Shown here in pieces: positions 47,130 through 60,906 of a DNA stretch of 64,000 nucleotides. The DNA is taken from NCBI RefSeq assembly GCF_009914755.1, contig NC_060928.1; one strand, written 5' to 3'. The notes under the pieces were generated by a model. It made no database searches, was not told the origin of the DNA, and saw only the letters and a program-made list of their open reading frames with translations. Origin of the DNA: the human T2T-CHM13v2.0 reference genome, Homo sapiens. The translations under genes were made by a program, and so were the position numbers. Numbering within the stretch: position 1 is the stretch's first letter; each line of letters begins with the position of its first letter.

Positions 47130-48765
47130 CTCAGACAGAATAAATCAGTGTTATAAATAAACTCTCAAAGATACTTCCCATTTTATTATACATTTGTCTA
47201 AAAACATATTAAATTACTTTTTAATAACTATAGGCCATTAGTTTTACTCCTCCATTGGGCATACCAAGATAATCTCTCAGAGGTTAGAGTTTTTGGATGA
47301 ATGCTGAGGAGGATACTGTACCCAGTGGGTTACAATGGGTAACACTTCTACGCCCCTTCAGGCAACCATCAATGTTCATGCCACATGCAGACGTGCTCAC
47401 TAAAATTCTCCTGTGGGAAGTTGAAAATGTCTTCTTTAATTACTGTTAAGCATTGTATATACATCATCACTCTAAATATGGAGAACAAGCCTCAATAGAA
47501 GGCCCAAGTCATTAATATCATTGCTTCTGTCTAGTTTTAAAGTACTTGGTTAACCAGAGCATCTGAACCATTTGTTCACGAGTCTTCTGAAAACCATAAC
47601 GTGTCATTTGATACTATCACGTGGTTTGATAAAGTTTTGACCTTGATAACATACGGCTTTATAATAATATATATTTTTTCCATTACATGAGCTTCATCTT
47701 GTAGGTGATTCTGAAACTGATTTTGAAGGAGTATTTGAGCAGTAAAAAAGTGCATTTTATTTTATTGCTCCTAAGCAATTCTTCCACTTTTTAGTTACAC
47801 CCAACCCCCTCAAAAGTTCCCAGTGTCAGTGCTGTTTAAATGTTGCAGCAATAGGGATTATTTCATGCACTTATTATCCAGAACTTTTTAAGGAAGTACA
47901 TGTTCAAACACACCATTTGCATCTCCATAAATATAAAACAACCATTTTAAATAGCAATAGCTCATCCTTCTTGAGTTGACTGCTGTGTTTACTCTCAATG
48001 AATGGATAGAACATTTATCATGGTCTTCATTGTTCAGTTTATTTTCAGGGAACAGTAGGATCAGACAGAAGATGTCTTGTCACAAGAAATTTTCAGATTT
48101 TTTTTTTTTTGGCCTATTTTCAGGAGACTTCAAGGTTCTGCTTTATACTTCCTGTTTCTAACCACAGTTATATGTTCCCATTTTAAAATGTAATTTAAAA
48201 ACAATTTAGAATTCTAGCTTAACAAAGGTAAATAGAAATGACACTAAAACTGAAAAAACCTTGCATTTTTGATGTTCTTGTGTTATGCGTGGACTCTGAG
48301 GACTCTAATCTTTTTGAGAGAAGGGACCATTTTAATCTTCTATCTATACCCTGCTTTGTTGTTTAATTAATATTTGGTGGCTAAAATAATACGGGAGAAA
48401 TTTTATCAGCAAAAAATTTGTTCAAGAGTATTTTTTTTAAAGCTAGTAGTTTGTTGGGTACAAAATATTTTCTAAAAAAATCCAGCAGTGTGACTGCTTG
48501 CAGACATTCTGATAAGGCACATCATGAAGTTCTTTTTTTAAAAAAAAATTTATATTTTCAACTTTTATTTTAGATTCAGGAGGAAAGGTGAGGTTCTTGA
48601 ACTGCAGGTGGCAAAAAGAAGTTGTGCTGGAGCGTGGCATTATCATAAATGACTCAAGCTGCATTCTTGGCTGAAACTGCAAGGCTAGAACCAGATGACC
48701 CACCAACAAGTGAAAAGCACCACATTTTTAAATCACTAACTACATTTGATTTTTTTCCCTTACAG

Positions 48766-48839
48766 TGATATCTTCGACAACAACAAAAATACCATATATA
48801 TTAGAAGATGTTGAAAATAGTGTTCTACAGATTGAACAT
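48766..48839 (+). CDS. Candidate 74-nt internal exon (x-ISSTTTKIPYILEDVENSVLQIEH), host gene unidentified
   Basis: Branch point cactaac 48734-48740, acceptor gatttttttcccttacag, donor CAT|gtgagt; phase 1 to phase 0 frame is open; lies in non-repetitive DNA. Confidence 0.5.
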
Positions 48840-48904
48840 GTGAGTCATAAAACCTTTTATTGACATCAAAATAAACACATTTATTTTCCATAATCTTCAG
48901 TTAA

Positions 48905-49316
<412 letters not shown>

Positions 49317-50129
49317 GCCAAACTTAAATTTAATAAAAAGTATGATTTTTATGGTCCTGCTTTTGAAAAAGCAAATTTGGAAAGATCTGTGTTAGAATGA
49401 ATGTGTACATGGTCCCTATCACAATCTGCCAGCTATTTCTCATTAGAAACAATATTGGCACTTAGAGATTGAAATATGCTGTTTATTTGACATCAACATA
49501 TGACCAACTGATCATGATACAGTTATAGCACTCTCTGTGATGTAGACTACCATTCTTTGGGGAAAGTTTACTGCAGTTTTGTGGGCATAGTCCAAACATC
49601 CAGTTTCACAAATTTCACTGCCAAGCTGGCAATGAATTAGTGAATTTCATTCAAGAGAACTGCTGGGATCCTAACCTCAGTGAGGCAGAGAGCTAAGTGC
49701 CAATAAAGAAAATGAGTAAGAAAGACATAGTAAGTACCTGCCCTCAAGAATGGTCTTATAGGTGAAGTAGATATATAAACAATTAATGAAAAAATACTAT
49801 TTCATAATAAATCAATAGGATCGTTGCACATACATGATAGAGACTAGCACAAAAGAATGACTCATTCTAAGAAGGAAGAAGAGGAGATGGAGGTAGAATG
49901 GGCAAGGAAAAGTTAGAGTATATAACAAGTGGGGTGGTCTTTAGGAAAGATCAAGACCTTACCAGATACATGTGGGATGGAAACTGTATTGATGACAGAT
50001 AAACAGCAGAGCATGTTAATTATTGTTGAATCACAGCATCAGTAAAGAGCTGGGTGGTGAGACTAGAGCAGGCTAATCACAAATAAGGTAAGTTGAAAGC
50101 ATAAATATGGCTTGGGGTAGTATCTCCAA

Positions 50130-50585
50130 AAGGCAAAACCAAATATAGCAGAATCCAAGAAAAGGAGCCAAGGACCACAGTTCTCAAAATTCCCTTTCCT
50201 ACCTACTGCTAAGTGAGAGACCTCTGGGAGTGATTTGGGAGGTAGAGGAGTCAAAGAAGTCATTATTCTCCAGAGGCATTTGTAGCTAGGTGTGTGGGCC
50301 GACCTGAGATTCACAGTGGCTTTCTGGTGAGTCCTTGAGATCCATCCATTTCAGTTCTGCAGACTGAAAGTTCATGGAGCTTCTGAGAACTTCTGGAGAA
50401 TTACAGCTGCTTTTATTAAGCACTTCTCTGGTGCTTCAAGCTGAGTGATTTTCAGTGGAAGCTTCTCAGATTTTCGTTTCTGCAGATCTTCCAGGGTTGA
50501 CATAAGCCTCGAATTCTTACATTAAATACTTTATACCTGGAGTACGTACATTGGTCTTTCTTTTTCTGAGTGAACGCTGACTTGG
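50130..50585 (+). mobile_element. Old ERVL/MaLR-class LTR, subfamily uncertain
   Basis: 3' end attaaatactttatacctgg...ttttctgagtgaacgctgact resembles class III LTR termini. Confidence 0.45.
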
Positions 50586-50991
50586 CTCTGGTTTTATTGT
50601 CTTGTCTCATTGTACTCCTAGTTATCTTTTATCATTTGACCTTTTATTAGTAAGAGTGCTTCTCAGAAATAATTTGAGGCAAAGTGAGAATTTAGGCTTG
50701 CTCATGCCAAGCAAGTAGTACCACTATTAATTTGGAATCTTGTTAATTCTATTCTAGGTATTGAAATAATTTGAAATTTGAAATGATCTGCAGGTGACGT
50801 GAAGCACCACTACTTCCTGCTAACACTTAATCCTTGGGCTCAGGCTGGAAGAAACATTGAAAGCAGGGTGTATTTTCCAGGACTCTGAGAGGGCAGGTCC
50901 TGGACTCCTACTTCCAAAATTGGTAAATACCTCTAGGGAAAAGTAGCCCCAAATGCCAAGGTCTTCTTTTGAGATGTTTGAGATGTTTATC

Positions 50992-51286
50992 TTTTTTTTT
51001 TTTTTGAGATGGAGTCTCACTCTGTTGCCCAGGCTGGAGTGCAATGGCACAATCTTGGCTCACTACAACCTCTGCCTCCCCAGTTCAAGCACTTCTCCTA
51101 CCTAAGCCTCTCAAGTAGATGGAATTACAGGCACCTGCCACCATACCTGGCTAATTTTTGTATTTTTAGTAGAGACAGGGTTTCACCATGTTAGCCAGGG
51201 TGATCTTGAACTTCTGAGCTCAAGCATCTGCCCACCTCGGCCTCCCAAAGTGCTGACATTACAGGTGTGAGCCACCGCTCCCGGCC
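50992..51286 (-). mobile_element. AluS/Jb-like SINE
   Basis: Full dimer; 15-bp TSD tgagatgtttatctt at 50979-50993 and 51287-51301. Confidence 0.96.
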
Positions 51287-51748
51287 TGAGATGTTTATCT
51301 TCTTATGGATCATTGCCCACTATTTTCTCACCATCTTCTTAATTCTCCAAAGCCTACAAAGAGATTATTTTTATAATTTTTCAGCTTTTAAGATGTCTTT
51401 GGAAGGAATCATGATCCAAATTACTTAGTCTGTAATTACAAGCCACCATCAGTGACTTCTTCCAAAGTTTCTTTCTTTAATATCATTTATTAAACACAAA
51501 TTGCTCATCAGACATAATAAAAAATTTCAGTTAGGTTAAAAAGATTAAAATTAAAAATATGATATAAAATTAGGGAAAATCAGAAAGATAATTTTAGTTT
51601 GATAAGGGTTTTTCTAAGTCAGACATAAAAACTAGAAACCAGGAAGAAGGGGCCATGGGGGGAGAGAGAGATTTTTTTATATAATAAATATTTCTGTTTA
51701 TTAAAAAATAACATGACATCAAAAGACAAATTATAGACCTAGAGTAGG

Positions 51749-51806
51749 ATCTATCTATCTATCTATCTATCTGTCTGTCTATCTATCTATCTATCTATCT
51801 ATCTAT
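51749..51806. repeat. Compound tetranucleotide STR (ATCT)6(GTCT)2(ATCT)6
   Basis: Read directly. Confidence 0.97.
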
Positions 51807-53444
51807 GGAAAAATTCTTATATATGTGGAAAATTTTATTTACACGCATCTATTAATCCCTCAATTGCACTTTCATTTTTCATATTTTCTTACTTTGTACA
51901 TTGTTTTCATTTCTTTCTCTTTTGTTTCTGTTTTTTTCTTTCTTGCTTGCCTTCTTGCTTTCTTTTCTTTTCTCTCTTTCTCTCTCTATATATTTTTTGG
52001 TCTCAGTTTATTCTTTCTATAGCCTTACATTCATGCTTTATGGATTCAAAGACTTCTTGCCACCCACTGAGGATATGGAATCATTTTCTAAAAGATTATT
52101 CACTAATTCAATGTATATTTATTGAATGCTGACCATCTGTCATACAAAGATTTTAGGAGCCGGGAATACAATACTTATCGAGAAACACAAATGTTTTTAT
52201 TTTGGTAGTAAATCACTGTAAGTGTTCCTTTTATTTTTTTCTGAATCTTCAAGTATTTCCTTTTTAGCTTCCTGTAGTGCCTAGCAATGGTGAATTTGTT
52301 TTTATTTCTGTTTATTAATCTTTGACCATGAGGATAGCTAGGCTGACCTAGCAAATGGTAATGGAAAGAACATGAAATTCATTGATTTCACCTCTTCTGA
52401 GTTCATTTGCTTGCTGCTTCAGCCCTTTCCCTTGCATTTGACTGGATAGTTGATGAAGGATGTAGCTCCTTGCCCAGTTCCCTGCTTTAGCAGTTGGATG
52501 CAGAGGGTATCTTCTCTTAGATCTAATACCTAGACTTATAAATGGATGAGATGAATGAAAACAACACTATCACTATTTATTGTTACAAAGGCTCTTGTGT
52601 CTTATCTCTTTTGATGGCTACAGCCATTTCTCTGTAAATCTGCCTTTTATTTTCAGGAAAATGTAATTACTAGCAAGATGTGCAAAGGCTGAGATGGACT
52701 AAGTTGAGTGAATCAGCACTCTGTCTACTTCAAAAGCAGAATACTCACAGTACGGGAATAGCTGCCAAAATTTTGCTTTAGTAGAGATTTATAATTTGAA
52801 CAAGGGATCTGGTAAAGGCAGAGTATAATAGTTATCCGACTTACTTTCAGAAAGAGCACAATGCAAGTGTTTTACTAATTGCATTTTTAAAAGTATGATA
52901 TTACTCTGATAGTTTTTTGTGTCTTTGTAGATACTTTCCTTGTAAGTAGTGATGGAGTGGGTCACATAAATGGCTAACCAGGTGCCATTTTTTCCCTTAG
53001 CGTTAATTTTTAGTTTAATTCCTTATGCTATATTTTCTTATATGTGTTTTCATTGGTATTTGTAAGTAAATGTATTCGTATTTAAGTATGCATATATTAA
53101 ATCTGCAAAACTCTGAATGGTATGTAATCAAGCAGGTCATGGCATAATTTTATTCCTAGACAATTACATATTTACATAAAATCCTCATAGCAATCTAGTT
53201 TGAAAGGCGAAAGGTACTATTTTTTTTCTAAAGATAAAAGAGAACAGGAAGTATGTTCTAAAGATTATCTCAACAGTCTTTTAAAACTTCTATTTTCTGT
53301 TCTTTTCAAACATTTATTTATTCTGTATTTTAGGAGTAATCAAAGATTATTGTTCAGATAAAGAAAAGATGAAAATATAACTCACCTATTTTGTACTGTG
53401 TAATATGTTTGATTTGTTTACTCCAGGGTTGTTTATACAAAGAG

Positions 53445-53830
53445 GACTAAGAGTGCAGGCTCAGGGGTCTGATATCCTAGTTTCAAATGTGTCACACTAA
53501 CCATGTGATCTTGAGCATGTATTTTAACCTCTCAGTGCCATAATTACTTTATCTATAAAATTGGGATAATATTATTCACCCCATAGAAACAGTTAATTGA
53601 GGTAAGATGTGTGAAGATCTTTTTCCCTCTAAACTATGTATTTTTTATTTTAATTTTTTATTTGTAGCTTTTATTTTAGGTTTTGGGGTACATGTGAAGG
53701 TTTGTTACATAGGTAAACACATGTCATGGCGGGGAGTAAAAGGGATCCCTCAGCACGGCACAGCTTGGTGTGAAGCTCTTTAAAAGTTCCTGGCACACAA
53801 GAAGCACTTAATAAATACCAGCTTTTGTTA
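53445..53830 (+). mobile_element. MIR SINE interrupted by a small L1-derived insertion
   Basis: catgtgatcttgagcatgtattttaacctctcagtgcc...tatctataaaattgggataat ... gttcctggcacacaagaagcacttaataaat. Confidence 0.75.
53623..53767 (-). mobile_element. 145-bp insertion: L1PA14-16-like 3' tip plus non-L1 sequence
   Basis: ttttattttaggttttggggtacatgtgaaggtttgttacataggtaaac; TSD gtgtgaagatcttt (53609-53622) / gtgtgaagctcttt (53768-53781). Confidence 0.8.
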
Positions 53831-54038
53831 TTCATAATTTCCTTGTTAAAAATAAGTTATTTAACATTTTGTTTTATAAGACTCTTTTTTACTTAATAAA
53901 ATAGTATAGCTGCCTTATATGGTAAAATACTATTTTACAACATAATTTTAATGGCTGCATAATACATATTGTTTTGATGTGTCATATTTTATTTAATAAA
54001 CTTTTATAGTTTATTTGTTTTTAACTACCATTGAAAAC

Positions 54039-54517
54039 TATATTTTCCTATTACTGCTTTCACAAATTACCACAAACATAGTGGCTTACAACAACAGACA
54101 TTTATCACCTCAAAATTCTGGAAGTCGGAAGTCTAAAACAAAGGGGTGGGCAGGGTTGTCTTCTCTCTGGAGACTGGAATCCAGCTCCCTGCCTTTTCCA
54201 GCTTCTTGACGTTTCCTGCATCCCTTGGCTCATGCCCCTTCCTCTTCAAACTGCATCACTCCAAGCTCTGGGTCTTTTTGTCACACGTCCTTTTTCTGAC
54301 TTTGACGCTCTGGTCTCCCTCTTCTGTTGACTCTTGTCATTACATTGTCCCTGCCCCTCCACTGCCCTCCTTCCTCCCCTTAATCCAGGACAATCTTCTC
54401 ATCTCAAGATTCTTAATCACATCTGCAAATCTCTTTTGCTGTGGAAGGCAACATAGTCAAAGGTTCCAGGGAGTAGGAAGTGGCTATCTTTGAAGGGCTG
54501 TAATTCAGCCAACCACA
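54039..54517 (-). mobile_element. MLT1D-like MaLR solo LTR
   Basis: acaaattaccacaaacatagtggctta ... aatccaggacaatcttctcatctcaagattcttaatcacatctgcaaa ... attcagccaaccaca. Confidence 0.85.
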
Positions 54518-55610
54518 TACATCAAACTGAAATAAACATCTTTAGAGCAACTAATTTTCATGTACTCCATTATTTCTAGGAATATATTTCTGGACAGAGA
54601 GTTACTGATTAAATAACTGCCCATTGATTTTTACTCAATATTAGCCTGTTAAACATTTAGCAAAAGCCTAATTGAGCAAGTATTATCTAATTAAATCTAA
54701 GGATGTTGACGAGGATTTTAATGCAGATGCATTTTAATTTAATGTTAAACAGTTTGGAATCTCCAGACCTTTTAATCAGCTTAACACTAGGCTTTTATTT
54801 TGTTATTCTTTTTCTTTTTTGGCTTTTTATTCATTTAGCCATGTTCCAATAATAAAAACAGAGGAACTTCTTTAGTTTTTTTATACTCAAACAAAACACT
54901 AACAGAAGAAAGAATCCTATTAAATAAGATTTGTTTTTATATTAACCCTAAAATAGCCATTTTAGGAAATGCAGGTGACAAAAATAGGTGAGATGTTGTA
55001 ACATCTAAATAAAGAAGAAATAAAGCTGTGATTTACTAGATAAATTAATAAGTAGCTTATCATAGGAGGCAAGAGTTTTCTTAAAGTACTTGCCATATAC
55101 CACAGACTTGATGTATATAATATTAACTTTGGAATCTGTCTGAATATAATTCATGAATTGGAGCTGGAGAATACAAACAGTATTGTTTCAAATCAAAGAA
55201 ACATGAGGAAAAAAAGAAACCCCAAAATCAAAACTGCCAGTCCTTTTATGATGATAAACTAGCATGGGTTCCTAGCCACCTCCTTCAAAATCAAACTTGG
55301 AAAAACCAAAGAAAGGAGTAGGAATATGAATTCCACGAGTTAACAGAAATAACAAACAAAAACCCAACTTGGTCCACCCTGGGCAACTCCTCAGGCCTTG
55401 AACTGGTGAATCTGATAGGTGGTAGAAGGAGGCCCCTAGTGATCTTTAAAATCCTTTTAAGCTCCTCTCCTTCACTGCCTTCAGACAATCCTTACTTTCC
55501 CTTTCAGCATCAAAATAACCACCAACACCTGGAAGATAGTTATTTATGAACAATCAAGGCTATAAAAACATAACAAAGCAAAATGCAAACAACAAGGAAA
55601 CAAAAATGTG

Positions 55611-55733
55611 TACAATGTATGTTATTCAGGTGATGGATATCCTAAAAGCCCTGACTTCAACACTATGCAATCTACCCGTGTAACAAAACTTCACTGGTAC
55701 CCCATAAATTTATACAAATTTTAAAAAAAGAAA
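55611..55733 (+). mobile_element. L1PB-like 3' tip
   Basis: caggtgatggatatcctaaaagccctgacttcaacactatgcaat...taccccataaatttatacaaa; flanked by aaaaatgtg on both sides. Confidence 0.8.
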
Positions 55734-57057
55734 AAAAATGTGATGGGCTGAGAAGTTGATGAAGACAAGTGGAGCTGACCAAACGGCAGCAGGCATCCTG
55801 GAGCTTGCAGCCTCTTCCTTTCTAAATCGCCTGGGCCATTAGATTAGTATCAAAGACAGTCTCCTCAGCCAGCTCTTTCTTAAAAGTGGAAGTGAAAATG
55901 ACCGATGAGTTTGCCTGGGGGAGTGGCAGCAAACAGAGGTTATCCATAGTGGGGTTTGGAGTTTTCTGCCTTGGTGCTTATCTCCACCCCTAGTGCCAGT
56001 GACTGCACAGAGTAGCTGATACCTCCAGGGAAACAGGGGCTCACAAATCAGACACTAGATACCTGACTAATGCCACTATGGGTTAAACTGAACAATATAC
56101 ACATTTGAAGCACAATAATTAGACTTATAATTTAAATAAGTATAATATGTATATTTGTGCTTAGGCAGGAAAGGTTAAGATTGCAGCAATATGAAATCAG
56201 GAACTTAAATCAGATAATTGGTAATATTAGACATTAATATGTTATGGTTGAAATAAAGAACATAATAGAAGGAAAAATACCAGCCTGGATATACTTGAAG
56301 AATATATTAGTAATTTGCAAGATAATGTTGAAGAAATCTTCTAGATGATAGCTCTAAAGATACAGAAAATATACACAAAATTTAATAAAGATAAACTTAA
56401 CAAAAGACAGAAGACTCCTCAAGTCAGAAGAGTTGATGGATGCTAAATAAGAGGAAAAAGGAAAACCCTTACCTAGCACATTTAATGAAATTTAATAATA
56501 TCAAAGACAATGAGAATATTCCAAATGCATTCTGAGGGAAATTGCAAATCTGTATAAAAACAAGAATCAGATTGTCAAACATTTTGGTAGTAGCAGGATG
56601 TAAGAATAATGAAGTAATAATGTTAAAGTATTGAAAAATATCCAGCTGGATAATTCCTCAAATTTGAAGGCATAAAAATATTCTTAGGCATTTACGATTT
56701 CAGAATTTTTGTTAAGCTCATATAATAAAATTACCCTTGCAGTAGGTATTTAAGTAAGTGAAAAATAAATAAACAAATCCCAAAGGCGCTACAAATATCA
56801 GGGGAACGTGGGGTAGCCAAATTCTTCAGCAACTTATTGTGGAGGAGAGAGAGAGTGAAAGAACAAGCACAAAATTGCTAGGACCCGATTAAACTAGAAA
56901 GTTCATTAGTAGCAACTGAAAATTAAGTTCTTAAGTTCTAGAAAATATTAACAAAATTGGAACTGGGCAATAACAAAGGGATATGTCTGTGCTAAAGTAG
57001 TGGTTTTATCACAGGGACTGTGTAGATAGATATTAGTAAATTAGTGAACTTAAGTAA

Positions 57058-57431
57058 ATTTGGTCATGATTTGTTCCCATCTTACTTCATTCCTCTCTCT
57101 CCCTTTGTATATCACATTTTCACCAAACTGGCCTTCCATGGTACCAGCTTGGAAGACACCAAGCTCCTTCTTGCCTTAGAATCTTGGAGTTTACTGTTCC
57201 CTGCTACAACAGCTTTCACCATGTTTAGTGCCTTTGTAAGGAATAAACACATTTTTCTTTAAAATATCTCTTCCCTAGAGAAGTCTTGTCAATTCATGCT
57301 ATATTTAATACAAACAAACAAACAAAGATGCCTATTTTTCCCAATATTTCTCTGTGCCAACATTTTGTTTTTCAGCAACACTTTACTTCATGTGATATTA
57401 TTTAGTTTATATTTCTACTCATCTATGTCAG
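57058..57431 (+). repeat. 374-bp direct copy of 58702-59084 (L2-derived sequence)
   Basis: Long exact runs shared (e.g. ttttcaccaaactggccttccatggtaccagcttggaagacaccaagctccttcttgcctt); the downstream copy has an extra 9-bp tandem duplication. Confidence 0.96.
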
Positions 57432-57444
57432 AAATCAGAAGATT

Positions 57445-57762
<318 letters not shown>

Positions 57763-57845
57763 TTAAGAAAACATACTATGGTTCTTCAGCTGAGATCAAG
57801 CAGCATAACAGCAAGAAGATAATGTATAGGTTTAAAGTCATAAGA

Positions 57846-58157
57846 GGCTGTGCATAGTAGGTCATGCATGTAATCCAAGCACTTTGGGAGGCTAAAGCAA
57901 GAGGATTGCTGGAGGCCAAGAGTTCAAGGCCAGCTGCGGCAACATAGCAAGACCTTACTTCTACAAAATAAATAACTAATTAAAAAATTGGCAGGGCATG
58001 GTGGCAAATTACTGCAGTCCCAGCTACTTGGGAGGCTGAGGCTGGAGGATGGCTTGAGCCCAGGAATTTGAGGTTACGATGAGCTATGTTGGCATCACTG
58101 CACTCCCTAGGTGACAAGGTGAGACCCTGTCCCAAAAAGAAATAATAAATAAAATAA
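57846..58157 (+). mobile_element. AluJ-like SINE
   Basis: gaggattgctggaggccaagagttcaag, aacatagcaagacc, ggaggatggcttgagcccagg. Confidence 0.92.
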
Positions 58158-58574
58158 GAACTCAACTAGGTCTATTAAAGGAAACAAAATAAAAGACAAA
58201 AAGCAAGAGAGAAAAAATTAAGTTCATATATAATTAAATAAAACAGATATAGACACTCAGATTGGATTAAAAAAGATTTGACAACAAAAAAGGAAAATAT
58301 TAACCACAAAAAAGCCAGGGTAGTGATTTTAAAATAGAAGAAAATAGAATTTAAGGCAAAAATATCACATGAGAAAACACTGATGTTATGTACTGAAAAA
58401 AGAAAAAATAGAAAAAGAAGGCATGACATAAGAATTTATGTGCCTATAATACAAGCTCAAAACATATAAATCAAAACCTTTCAGGGAGAAATAGGTAGGT
58501 TAACAATTGTCGTTTGAGATTTTATACACTCCTGTCAGAAACTGTGATCAAGCAGACAAAAAATAAGCAATTTA

Positions 58575-59190
58575 TTCTCCACACAGAAACTAGAGCAAAA
58601 TTTTAAAGATGTAAATTAGATCACGTCATTTCCCTACGGAAATTCTATAGCTTCCCCCGTTATCAGAATAAAATCCAGAAGGTTCTGCAAGTCTCTGTGT
58701 GATTTGGTCATCATTTATTCCCATCTTACTTCATTCCTCTCTCTCCCTTTATATATCAAGTTTTCACCAAACTGGCCTTCCATGGTACCAGCTTGGAAGA
58801 CACCAAGCTCCTTCTTGCCTTGGAATCTTGGAGTGTACTGAGTTTACTGTCCCCTGCTACAACAGCTTTCTCCATGTTTAGTGCTTTTGTAAGCAATAAA
58901 CACATTTCTCTTTAAAATATCTCTTCCCTAGAGAAGTCTTGTCAATTCATGCTATATTTAATACCAACAAACAAACAAAGATGCCTATTTTTCCCCATAC
59001 TTCTCTGTGCCAACATTTTATTTTTCAGCAACACTTTACATCATGTGATATTATTTTGTTTATATCTCTACTCATCTTTGTCAGTCTCTCCCACTAGTGT
59101 AAAAGCCCTATTGAGGACTACGACTTTCTACCTCTCGCACATTTAAACTCCAGCAGAGTGCTGGACACACACTACATGCCAACATATTAC
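58575..59190 (+). mobile_element. L2 3' fragment (source of the 57058-57431 copy)
   Basis: tttaaagatgtaaattagatcacgtcatttccct, agaataaaatccaga, tctctcccactagtgtaaaagcccta. Confidence 0.7.
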
Positions 59191-59194
59191 TAAA

Positions 59195-59420
59195 TTAGGC
59201 AGCATGGCAGAGGAAAAGATGTAGCTTTGGAATCCCAGATTTCCAACTTGCCAGTTGTGTAATTTTACAACTCTTCTGGCCTCAGATTCCTCATCTGTAA
59301 AAGTATAGTTTCTTAACAACTTAGCAAGGTTGGAAGGATGAATTCATTCATGAGTGAATTCATATGAAAAATTCCAAGAATGGTGCCTAGAATTTAGCAG
59401 ATAAATTGGTGATGGTAATG
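59195..59420 (+). mobile_element. MIR SINE
   Basis: aggcagcatggcagaggaaaaga...gctttggaatc; gcctcagattcctcatctgtaaaa. Confidence 0.7.
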
Positions 59421-60766
59421 AAGAAGATTGTGTTCTGGACTCTTCCTTCTTAGCTCAATTGCCCTTGATACAGAATTATCAGTGCAACTATAAGCTAAAA
59501 CTGCCACAGATGGAATTCCTTGATTCTCTGTTCTTCCCTATTTCTTATACTAAAACATGGGTGTTAGATTCAGGTCAGGAAAACACTTGAACTTCATTTT
59601 GATTATGATGACAATGTTATCAGGCCTGCCAGGTTAAAGCAATCGCCATCTCAGTGTTGTTTCTATGCCCAGGAAAGTGGATGGTATACATTATGATTAA
59701 ATAACACAGAATCTGTTCTGCCTCTTGCATAGAATTAATTTTGGTATAGCTTCCATTTCATTAGAGGAGCACTTTAAAACAGGTCAAGTGTAACCAAGAC
59801 TAAATTGAAAATGCATTATTCTTTTTTGGTAGGCCCTCTAAGCTGATACATATTTAATGTAATTTTATAAGGAAGTTCAAATGTCAGGCAGACTCCTTTA
59901 AGGAAACAAATGTCTTAAATCTCACACTAGGTAATTTTAGAATAAACATTCAGTATATCTCCTCTACTATCCTGGAGCATTTTCTGGACAGAAAATAAGC
60001 TATTTGTGTGAGTTATGTGGCATAAAGCTGACAGTAGTGCATTGAATACTGTTCTCTTCATTGCCTGTGTCTCTTTGGGATTTACTTGATGCTTTCAGGA
60101 ATACCTTGTATTTTTCTACATTTTCTTTCTCAGTATTGGATTCTTGGAATTATGGAGCTTTAACAAAATTTAAGTTCCTGCCTCACTGTTTATCCACATA
60201 TTAACAGTTTTATTTATCAGGTTGTTTGGTCAGCTAGACAACCACAGTAATTTCACTAGGTGTAATAGCAGCTCCTTGTAGATAAAATAATTTTATTTGA
60301 TGGTTTTAACCAACATTTCATTTCCATACCTGCCCTGATTTCCCAAAAATGAATGCATGAACTAACGAGATGTATACTTTGGGCATTTGCATTTGTCATC
60401 ATGGTACGGGATTTGGGCAAGAGGGATGAAGCATCCAGTGGAGTTGTAAGTTGTGGCCATAAATCATTATGTGTAGTATTTGGCTCTCAAAACATCCAAA
60501 TCCGTTGAAAGAGGAGAGGTTGAAATTGTTTCCTTTCCTGCTAGAATGTTTTGGCAGAATCTGAAATGGGAATTTCTGGACCTCACGTTTGAACTGGTGG
60601 TATGGATCTCAACAGATCACTAGATTTTTCAGGAATATTCTACCAGATAGGAAGACACCTCTGTTTGATTCTTTTCCAGAAGAAAATCTCTGAGTATGTT
60701 CTGCGTCCATTTTTTTCCTATTGCCAGATCACCCTGTCTAGAGCCTACTGCCACTTAACGCTTTTT

Positions 60767-60788
60767 TAGCAGTAGATGGCAGCACGTG
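60767..60788 (+). promoter_or_regulatory. CTCF motif match overlapping an E-box (CACGTG 60783-60788)
   Basis: tagcagtagatggcagcacgtg versus core CCASYAGRKGGCRS. Confidence 0.5.
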
Positions 60789-60906
60789 GCCCCACATCTT
60801 CATCCCGGTAATAAAGACAGAAATCTGAACATCATCTTAGTCTTCTCTCCTGTCTACTCCTCAAACTCCAGAGTCTTCAACTCCTTACATAAGTGACCTT
60901 TTAAAG

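Noticed and set aside
59338-59363. 26-bp near-perfect palindrome atgaattcattcatgagtgaattcat
   Set aside because: Short, inside a MIR and built from TGAA-type simple repeats; no evidence of function.
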